DNA of 38,664 bases from Spirochaetaceae bacterium (GTDB lineage: Bacteria; Spirochaetota; Spirochaetia; Treponematales; Breznakiellaceae), in assembly GCA_031273985.1 (NCBI GenBank), contig JAISQV010000206.1, positions 1-38,664 on the forward strand, given 5' to 3'. Within the stretch, counting starts at the first letter, position 1, and every line of letters begins with the position of its first letter. Below, piece by piece: positions 32,355 to 38,664 of this stretch. The notes beneath the pieces are model-generated. The model made no database searches and was not told where the DNA came from. It saw only the letters and a program-made list of their open reading frames with translations. The translations under genes were made by a program, and so were the position numbers.

Positions 32355-32657
32355 TGGGCTTTCCTCCGTAGGTTTGCCGGGGCAAGGCCCGGCCATAGAC
32401 GCTAAAGGGATCGAACCTTTCCAGAGGGGCCGGTGGAGGAAAGCCACACGTGTGGTATGCCCCCGGCGCGCTGTGTCCTAGGCGGGCATTGCTGCACGCC
32501 GGGGAGGACATACCGACACCAAACCCCTCTAGCACTCCAGTGCTAGCGCCTGAATACTGGACTTTACAGTCTTTCCCGCCGCCGGGCCGGAACACCGTGC
32601 AAAGGGGCCGGTTACTTTTCCGGCGCCAGAGGCAGAACGGGTATGTTTGGTGGTTTG

Positions 32658-32679
32658 GTGACCCAGGTTACTGACCCAG
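32658..32679 (+). promoter_or_regulatory. Putative arm-type recombinase/Xis binding motif (right arm), GTGACCCAGGTTACTGACCCAG
   Basis: 18/22 identical to 229-250 with the same half-site spacing. Lies 45 bp inside the right direct repeat. Confidence 0.5.
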
Positions 32680-32724
32680 GCTCACCCTAAGTGCTTGTCT
32701 GGTAACGACTTAGCGGTTAGCGTC

Positions 32725-32744
32725 GCCCCCGCATTGGGGGTAGC
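32725..32744. repeat. Putative attR core (GCCCCCGCATTGGGGGTAGC)
   Basis: 20/20 identical to 100-119. Confidence 0.7.
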
Positions 32745-32892
32745 CGGAGACCCCGGACCCGGCAAGGCCGCAGGGCTTGACGGGGAGGAGGCTCCGGCGC
32801 AGGGGGCTTGGCCCCCTCCTCACTTATCCTTTATTCTTGTAGCCCTTATCCTTTTCCGCGTATGCGGGCAGGTGAGAGGTGAGGAGGGCTTT

Positions 32893-34329
32893 GTGAATCA
32901 GTCGGCGCTGTTTACCGATTTTTATTCCCTGACCATGGCCCACGGGTACTGGAAGACGGGGATGGACCGCCGGGCGGTGTTTGAGGTTTTTTTCCGCCGC
33001 AATCCTTTTGACGGGGGCTTTTCGATTTTTGCCGGGCTGGAACCGCTTTTGGCGCGGATCGGGGCCTTCGCTTTTTCCCCGGAGGACATTGCCTTTCTTG
33101 CGGGCCGGGGGATTTTCGAGGCGGGCTTTCTGGATTATCTGCGGGATTTCCGTTTCCGGGGCTCGCTCTGGGCCATGGACGAGGGGCGGGTGGTGTTTCC
33201 GCAGGAGCCGCTGATCCGTATGGACGGGGGGCTTATCGAGTGCCAGATTCTGGAGGGCTTGATTCTCAATCAGATCAACTTTTCCAGCCTTATCGCCACA
33301 AAGACGGCCCGGGTCTGGCTGGCTTCGGGGAAGGGCTCGGTGATGGAGTTCGGGCTGCGCCGGGCCCAGGGGCTGGACGGGGCCATGAGCGCCTCCCGCG
33401 CTGCCTATATAGGCGGGGCCTTCGGTACGAGTAATGTGCTGGCCGGGAAGGAGTACGGTATCCCCGTGCTGGGCACCATGGCCCATTCCTGGGTGATGTC
33501 CTTTCCCCGGGAAGAAGACGCCTTCAGGACCTACGCGGATATTTTTCCCGGCAATCCGGTTTTTCTGATCGATACGGTGGATACGCTGAAGAGCGGGGTT
33601 CCCAGCGCGGTAAAGGTGGGGAAGGAGCTGGCCGAGCGGGGGATCAATTTCGGGGTGCGCCTGGATTCAGGGGATATAGACTATCTTTCCCGTGAGGTGA
33701 GGCGGCGGCTGGACGAAGCGGGGCTTCCCAGGGCTACGATTTCCGTGTCCAACGATCTGGACGAGAACATTATCCACACGCTGCACGAGGCGGGGGCGCC
33801 GATCAATTCCTGGGGGGTGGGGACCCGCATGGTTACCGGCGGGAACGACGCCGCCTTTACGGGGGTCTACAAGCTTACCGCCAAGGAGGCGGAGGACGGG
33901 ACGCTGGTCCCTACCATCAAGTTTTCCGACAATCCCGAAAAGACCACCACGCCGGGGGTGAAGCAGGTGTGGCGGATCAGGGACGGGGAGGGCATGACCG
34001 TGGCGGATCTGCTGACTCTGGACGAGGAGGAGGAGCCGGCGAAGGGGCGGGCCTACACGCTGTGGCATACGTCGGCGGATTACCGGCATTTTTACCACAC
34101 CCTGGAGGCCGGCGCGGAGGCGCTGCTCAAGCCCCGGATCAGGGGCGGGGAACCGGCGGGGGAAGCGCCTGATCTGGAGAAGATCCGCGCCGTTACGCAG
34201 GCCGATCTTGAGATTTTCGACGGGAGCTACAAGCGGATCATGAATCCCCACACCTACAAGGTGTCCATTACGCCGAAGCTCCGCGACCTGAAGCTCGGTC
34301 TTATCAAGCGCTTCCTGGGGGACCTTTAA
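32893..34329 (+). CDS. pncB: Nicotinate phosphoribosyltransferase
   Basis: GTG 32893 after a GAGGAGG RBS. N-terminus NQSALFTDFYSLTMAHGYW and the GTMAHSWVMSF motif. The upstream in-frame extension to 32695 was rejected. Confidence 0.9.
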   Translation: MNQSALFTDFYSLTMAHGYWKTGMDRRAVFEVFFRRNPFDGGFSIFAGLEPLLARIGAFAFSPEDIAFLAGRGIFEAGFLDYLRDFRFRGSLWAMDEGRVVFPQEPLIRMDGGLIECQILEGLILNQINFSSLIATKTARVWLASGKGSVMEFGLRRAQGLDGAMSASRAAYIGGAFGTSNVLAGKEYGIPVLGTMAHSWVMSFPREEDAFRTYADIFPGNPVFLIDTVDTLKSGVPSAVKVGKELAERGINFGVRLDSGDIDYLSREVRRRLDEAGLPRATISVSNDLDENIIHTLHEAGAPINSWGVGTRMVTGGNDAAFTGVYKLTAKEAEDGTLVPTIKFSDNPEKTTTPGVKQVWRIRDGEGMTVADLLTLDEEEEPAKGRAYTLWHTSADYRHFYHTLEAGAEALLKPRIRGGEPAGEAPDLEKIRAVTQADLEIFDGSYKRIMNPHTYKVSITPKLRDLKLGLIKRFLGDL

Positions 34330-34448
34330 CCATGAGATAAATAAGAAATAATAAATAAGAGATAATAGATAAGAAGGAGGAGTTATAAGAGAGAGAAGAT
34401 CAACCACGGACGGCACTGACCTCACGGACTTTTTGTTCGACATTCTTC

Positions 34449-34477
34449 CCTTTGTGTTCTTCGTGTCCTTTGTGGTT
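34449..34477 (+). repeat. Intergenic repeat CCTTTGTGTTCTTCGTGTCCTTTGTGGTT, copy A
   Basis: 29/29 identical to 37460-37488. Followed by (C)(T)AAAT(T)C in all copies. Confidence 0.8.
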
Positions 34478-34516
34478 AAATTCTTTATCCGAACCGGAAT
34501 GGAGCAAGGAGTTGTT

Positions 34517-36247
34517 ATGGAGGCTGAGGGGATGGACGCTGCGGTATGGGTTAGTTTTCCTTCCGGCGAAAGGCGGCGGGCGGCCCTGGGGACGGTGATT
34601 GAGAGTCTCGCTGACGGGATGGGGCCCCTGGAAGGCCCGCTGGTGGCGGTGAAGGTCAGCAACGAGCTGCTCCCCCTCTCCGCCCGGATCGAGATAGACG
34701 CGGCGCTGGAGCCGGTAACGATAGCGCAGAGCGAGGGGGTGATGATCTACCGCCGCTCCCTGGCCTTCCTCCTGGCCATGGCCGCCCGGGATGTGTTTCC
34801 CGGCAAAAACCTCGTGGTGGGGCACTCCCTGGGCAACAGCTACTACTACACCCTCGGGCGGGGGGAGGACAGCGGGCCGGAGCAGACGCCGGAAGCGGAA
34901 ACGGCATGGGAGGCGGAGCGGGAACCGGCGCTGGGGGAGGCCGACGTGGGGCGCCTTGAGCGGCGTATGCGGGAAATTGCCGCCGAAGACAGGCCGATCA
35001 GCGCCGGCTACCTGGCCTACGCGGAGGCGGCGGGCATCTTTGAGCGGAGCGGCCAGCGGGACACGCTGCTCCTGCTGGAACGGCGCAACGGGGCCAAGGT
35101 GCGGGTGAACCGCTGCGGGGACTACGTGAATCTCTACGTGGAGCCCCTGGCGCCCCGCACGGGGATTCTTGCGGCCTTCGCCCTCATGCCCTACCGGGAG
35201 GGCTTCCTGCTGCGCTTCCCCGGCCGGGGGCTGGAGATGGAGCCCTTTACGGACAGCCCCCGGATCTTCGAGGTCTACCGGGAGTACAAGAAGTGGGGCC
35301 GCATCGTGGGCGTGCACTCGGCGGGGGACCTCAACCGGCTCGTGGCGGAGCGCAAGATCCGGGACTTTATCCGCATGGCCGAAGCTTTTCAGGCGCGGAA
35401 ACTCTCCGATGTGGCGGCGCGGATCTACGAAAAGCGGCGCGACGTGAAGGCGGTGCTCATCGCCGGCCCCTCAAGCTCCGGGAAGACCACCACCGCCAAA
35501 CGCCTCGCCGTGGAACTCATGGTCATGGGCATGGAGCCCATAGCGATCAGCCTGGACGACTACTATGTGGGCACGGCGCTCACCCCCCTGGACGAGGAGG
35601 GAAAGCCGGACTACGAGGCCCTGGAGGCCCTGGACATACCCTTTCTGAACGGCCAGCTGCTGGACCTCTTCCGGGGCCGGGAAGTTACCCTGCCGGCCTA
35701 CGACTTCAAGACCGGGACGCGGCGCGAAGGCGGGGGCAGGACCCTCAGAATGGGGCGGCGCTCCGTACTGATCCTCGAAGGCATCCACGGCCTCAACGAC
35801 AATCTGACGCCCGAAATCGAGCGGGCACTCAAGTTCAAACTCTACGTCTCCGCCCTGACCCAGCTCAACCTGGACGATCACAACCGCATCCCCACCAGCG
35901 ACAACAGGCTGCTCCGCCGCATGGTCCGGGACTACCAGTTCCGGGGCGCGGGCGCGGTAAAAACCATACAGATGTGGCCCAACGTCCAGCGCGGCGAGTG
36001 GAAACATATCTTCACCCACCAGGACAGCGCGGACGCGGCCTTCAATTCGGCCCTGGACTACGAGCTGTCCGTGCTCAAATTCTACGCGGAGCCGCTGCTC
36101 CACACGGTCAAGCCCAACCAGAGCGAGTACACCGAGGCGTCCCGGCTCCTGGCCTTCCTGGAAAATTTCGCCCCCATCCCGCCCCAGTACGTCCCCGGCC
36201 AGAGCATACTGCGGGAATTTATCGGCGACAGCGATTTCAAATACTGA
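34517..36247 (+). CDS. Uridine-kinase/phosphoribulokinase-family nucleoside kinase with N-terminal TGS-like extension
   Basis: AAGGAG RBS before ATG 34517. P-loop LIAGPSSSGKTTTAKRL and ISLDDYYV. Confidence 0.85.
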   Translation: MEAEGMDAAVWVSFPSGERRRAALGTVIESLADGMGPLEGPLVAVKVSNELLPLSARIEIDAALEPVTIAQSEGVMIYRRSLAFLLAMAARDVFPGKNLVVGHSLGNSYYYTLGRGEDSGPEQTPEAETAWEAEREPALGEADVGRLERRMREIAAEDRPISAGYLAYAEAAGIFERSGQRDTLLLLERRNGAKVRVNRCGDYVNLYVEPLAPRTGILAAFALMPYREGFLLRFPGRGLEMEPFTDSPRIFEVYREYKKWGRIVGVHSAGDLNRLVAERKIRDFIRMAEAFQARKLSDVAARIYEKRRDVKAVLIAGPSSSGKTTTAKRLAVELMVMGMEPIAISLDDYYVGTALTPLDEEGKPDYEALEALDIPFLNGQLLDLFRGREVTLPAYDFKTGTRREGGGRTLRMGRRSVLILEGIHGLNDNLTPEIERALKFKLYVSALTQLNLDDHNRIPTSDNRLLRRMVRDYQFRGAGAVKTIQMWPNVQRGEWKHIFTHQDSADAAFNSALDYELSVLKFYAEPLLHTVKPNQSEYTEASRLLAFLENFAPIPPQYVPGQSILREFIGDSDFKY

Positions 36248-36455
36248 GGAAAATTAGGAATAGGGGCGCATCCCCGCTGCAAAAACCCGTGCCGGAAGAA
36301 CCGGCTTGCGCGGGGAAAGCAGCGGGGACCGGGCTATCCGGGGCTCCGCTACCGCTCCGGACCCAGCGCGAAACGCCGGGTCTGCCCTTCGGGCACCCCT
36401 CCTATCAGCCCCTTCGGGTCTGGCAATTATAGGAAAACGGTATCAGGTACGGTTT

Positions 36456-36923
36456 CTACCAGTCTTCGAGCAGGTCGGAGTCTATAAACCTGTCGAACCC
36501 AATCGTTGAGGCGGCTTCCTCAATGGAAAACTTTGGCAGTTTGGAAATATCTGATTCTCCTGAAATGCCAAGCGCTTCAAATGTTAGACCGTTTGAATAC
36601 CAATAAAAAGAATCGACTTCCATCATCAAATAATAGGAACCGGTTCCTGTCCAAACATTGCCACTGCCATAAGGCAGTTCTACTAACGCAATAGTAACTG
36701 AATTATTGTTAATTGTTCCAACACCAGCGGCAACCGCATCAACATCGTCAGGCGTACTGGAGACGATAAACTCAACTTCACCTGTCTTGCCAGTAAGACC
36801 GGTAATGGTTATCGTTTTCGGATCCGTGTTACTTGTTGTGCCGTTATCACAACCAACAGCCATCATGCCGACTACCAGCGTTAATGCCAGCACTCCCCCA
36901 AGTAAAAGCTTGCTTTTCTTCAT
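36456..36923 (-). CDS. Lipoprotein with a TITITGL-type beta domain
   Basis: AAGGAG RBS before ATG 36923. MKKSKLLLGGVLALTLVVGMMAVGC lipobox. PKTITITGLTGKTGE...WTGTGSYYLMMEV resembles the repeat unit of the ICE lipoprotein. Confidence 0.8.
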   Translation of the reverse strand: MKKSKLLLGGVLALTLVVGMMAVGCDNGTTSNTDPKTITITGLTGKTGEVEFIVSSTPDDVDAVAAGVGTINNNSVTIALVELPYGSGNVWTGTGSYYLMMEVDSFYWYSNGLTFEALGISGESDISKLPKFSIEEAASTIGFDRFIDSDLLEDW

Positions 36924-37278
36924 GTCCAAAAACTCCTTGCGGTTTTTATGTCCCGCCGACAATTTTTTATGTTTAACCGCATAAGCGGGTAACACCATTT
37001 TTACGGTATCAGTGCCGATACCAACGGCCCCCATGAGCCCTTCTTACCTTCGTTCTCGATTTGCAGGCAAAGTACGCCGTCTTCCCGCTGTCCCCGAAGT
37101 TAAATTCGATGGGTCTTTTTTCCGTATGGTGAAGAAAGACTTGCGGAAGTCGCAGGGGTTTGCGGGAGGCGTTTCACCGGGGGCGGCTACCGGCGGCCTG
37201 TTTTTGCCCCCGAAGGGGGCGGTTTTGCCTAAGAATGAGAAAAACAGGGAAAAAAGCGGGAATTTACCTATTGGGTGC

Positions 37279-37309
37279 TTGACACGCCGTCTTTTACCTA
37301 AAGTATAAT
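37279..37309 (+). promoter_or_regulatory. Candidate sigma70 promoter (TTGACA-19 bp-TATAAT)
   Basis: Consensus hexamers at 37279-37284 and 37304-37309. The spacer is 19 bp, which is long. Lies about 330 nt upstream of the fumarate hydratase start. Confidence 0.35.
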
Positions 37310-37459
37310 GTGAGCCGTGAGCCGTGGCGGGAAGTCTGCGTTTATGCCTGTTCTTGTCCTAAGCATGAGAATATAGTAGCAATTACGGAAAATTAGTCAA
37401 TAGCCTGTGAAAAAACGAAACAAAGGCGCTCTTGGGGAGGGTTGCCCGCTAACCCTCTT

Positions 37460-37488
37460 CCTTTGTGTTCTTCGTGTCCTTTGTGGTT
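37460..37488 (+). repeat. Intergenic repeat, copy B
   Basis: Identical 29-mer to copy A. Confidence 0.8.
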
Positions 37489-37528
37489 CTAAATCCTTAT
37501 TCGTATTTGGCGGGCGCAGCCCGGCTTT

Positions 37529-37557
37529 CCCTTCGTGCGCCTTCGTGGTTAAATTCC
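37529..37557 (+). repeat. Intergenic repeat, degenerate copy C (CCCTTCGTGCGCCTTCGTGGTTAAATTCC)
   Basis: Shares the CTTCGTG-N-CCTT(C/T)GTGGTTAAATTC core with copy A. Confidence 0.6.
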
Positions 37558-37637
37558 CCGTTATTTTTGTGATAAGGTATCTGTTAATGAATTTGGACCT
37601 TTTTACGCTGCCGGCGACTGCGGGACGGAGGTAAGAC

Positions 37638-38477
37638 GTGAGGACAGTTGATGCCGGGGCCATAAGCTCCGCCGTGGAGCGGGCCTGCGTTGAGGCGAAC
37701 CGGCGGCTTCCCCCGGATGTGGAGGCGGCGCTGCGGAAATTCCGGGACGCTGAGCCCTGGCCCCCGGCCCGGGACGCGCTGGAGCGGATCATCGCCAACT
37801 TCGAGACCGCCGGGGAGCGGGCCCTGCCCATCTGCCAGGATACGGGGATGGCCTGCGTGTTTCTCGAAGTGGGCCGGGAGGTCCATATCGCGGGGGACCC
37901 CTACGCGGCGGTAAACGAGGGGGTGCGCCGGGGCTACACCGGGGGCTTTCTCCGGAGTTCCGTGGTGCTGGACCCCCTGGAACGGCGCAATTCCGGGGAC
38001 AATACCCCGGCGCTGATCTACACGGACCTTGTGGAAGGCGACCGGATCAGGATCACCGTGGCCCCCAAGGGCTTCGGCAGCGAAAACAAGAGCCGCATAG
38101 CCATGCTGAAACCGGAGGAGGGCCTTGCCGGGGTGATTGACTTTGTGGTCTCCGTTGTGGAGGCGGCGGGGGCGGATCCCTGCCCGCCTATCGTGGCGGG
38201 GGTGGGCCTGGGGGGCAGCTTCGACCGGGCGGCGCTTCTGGCCAAACGGGCCCTGCTCCGCCCCCTGGGAAAACCCAACGCCGACCCCCGCTATGCCCGG
38301 CTCGAGGCGGAGCTGCTGGAGCGGATCAATGCGTTGGGCATAGGACCCCAGGGCTTCGGGGGCATGACCACCTGTCTGGGCGTGGCCGTGGAGACTTACG
38401 CCACCCACATTGCCGGCCTCCCCTGCGCGGTGAACATCAACTGCCACGCAAGCCGCCACGCCGGAGAGCTGATCTGA
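37638..38477 (+). CDS. Class I (Fe-S) fumarate hydratase / tartrate dehydratase, alpha subunit
   Basis: GGAGG RBS before GTG 37638. LPICQDTGM signature. 279 aa. Confidence 0.9.
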   Translation: MRTVDAGAISSAVERACVEANRRLPPDVEAALRKFRDAEPWPPARDALERIIANFETAGERALPICQDTGMACVFLEVGREVHIAGDPYAAVNEGVRRGYTGGFLRSSVVLDPLERRNSGDNTPALIYTDLVEGDRIRITVAPKGFGSENKSRIAMLKPEEGLAGVIDFVVSVVEAAGADPCPPIVAGVGLGGSFDRAALLAKRALLRPLGKPNADPRYARLEAELLERINALGIGPQGFGGMTTCLGVAVETYATHIAGLPCAVNINCHASRHAGELI

Positions 38478-38664
38478 TGCCCCCCGCCGCCGATCCGCGC
38501 CGCATAAGCCTGCCCCTGAGCCGGGAGGACGCCGCCTCCCTCAGCGCGGGCGACCGGGTCTATCTCAGCGGCGTGGTCTACACCGCCCGGGACGCCGCCC
38601 ACCGGCGCTTCATGGAACTGCTCGACGCGGGGGCCGCCCTCCCCTTCCCCGTACAGGGCGCGTG
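38477..38664 (+). CDS. Class I fumarate hydratase, beta subunit (5' part; runs off the window)
   Basis: ATG 38477 overlaps the alpha stop (TGATG). MPPAADPRRISLPLSREDAASLSAGDRVYLSGVVYTARDAAHRRF matches the beta-subunit N-terminus (GD.v.lsG.iytaRDaAH). Confidence 0.8.
   Translation, partial: MPPAADPRRISLPLSREDAASLSAGDRVYLSGVVYTARDAAHRRFMELLDAGAALPFPVQGA

Larger units (their letters stand above)
100..32744. mobile_element. Integrative and conjugative element (ICE), ~32.6 kb
   Basis: Bounded by a perfect 20-bp direct repeat (100-119 and 32725-32744). Carries xis-int at the left end, topo III, a rep-like gene, a complete Trb/VirB-type T4SS, TraG/VirD4, a relaxase, an IHF-like gene and ParAB. Housekeeping genes lie immediately to the right. 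Confidence 0.8.

Noticed and set aside
32404-32420. tRNA/tmRNA-like T-arm on the minus strand (AAAGG-TTCGATC-CCTTT), which could have made the ICE a tRNA-gene integrant.
   Set aside because: No complementary acceptor 5' strand, D-arm or anticodon arm could be built within about 90 nt. There is no CCA-adjacent GGGG...CCCC tmRNA acceptor either, and the motif lies inside the element, 300 bp from the att core.
32435-32445. GGAGGAAAGCC, resembling the RNase P RNA P4 sequence GAGGAAAGUCC.
   Set aside because: The conserved U is missing. The other universal blocks (e.g. ACAGAAYCCGGCUUA) are not present in recognisable form or order. On the minus strand the same bases are simply part of the region upstream of a small ORF.
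32695-32892. N-terminal 66-aa extension of pncB. The same frame stays open across the att core, so an excised site would read through from the left flank.
   Set aside because: The extension has no protein-like character. The conserved NAPRTase N-terminus begins right after a GTG with a GAGGAGG RBS at 32893. Frame continuity is most simply explained by stop-codon scarcity in GC-rich DNA.

Overview
High-GC bacterial window. Positions 100-32744 are a ~32.6-kb integrative and conjugative element (ICE) bounded by a perfect 20-bp direct repeat. Apart from a short plus-strand regulator-xis-int module at the left end, all element genes are on the minus strand. In minus-strand transcription order (right to left) they are: a small ORF, parA, parB, a repeat-dense non-coding region (candidate centromere and oriT), a 59-aa ORF, an IHF/HU-like gene, a relaxase, a DUF2786-like gene, an ArdC-N-like gene, a Cys-rich mini-protein and traG/virD4. 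These are followed by an RHH gene and a P-type T4SS in canonical trb order (trbB-C-D-E ... trbJ-L-F-G-I). Then come three extra envelope genes, including a 1048-aa lipoprotein with a glycine-rich C-terminal domain. Last are an HTH replication-initiator-like gene, a hypothetical gene, topoisomerase III and a PRTase-fold gene. A visibly AT-richer cargo block interrupts the trb operon between trbE and trbJ. It holds brnT/brnA, a degenerate PLD/Nuc fragment, and three tandem paralogous small secreted proteins, one of them decayed. To the right of the element lie housekeeping genes: pncB, a uridine-kinase-family gene, a lipoprotein, and the class I fumarate hydratase alpha and beta subunits. I found no rRNA, tRNA or CRISPR array. 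The observations most worth follow-up are the att/arm-site architecture, the cargo block inside the trb operon, TrbE carrying a duplicated ParB-type HTH tail, T-border/RP4-nic-like motifs in the repeat region, iteron-like repeats inside the rep-like gene, the frameshifted trbG, and the T4SS-linked giant lipoprotein module. All family assignments come from motif recognition by eye; no database search was run.
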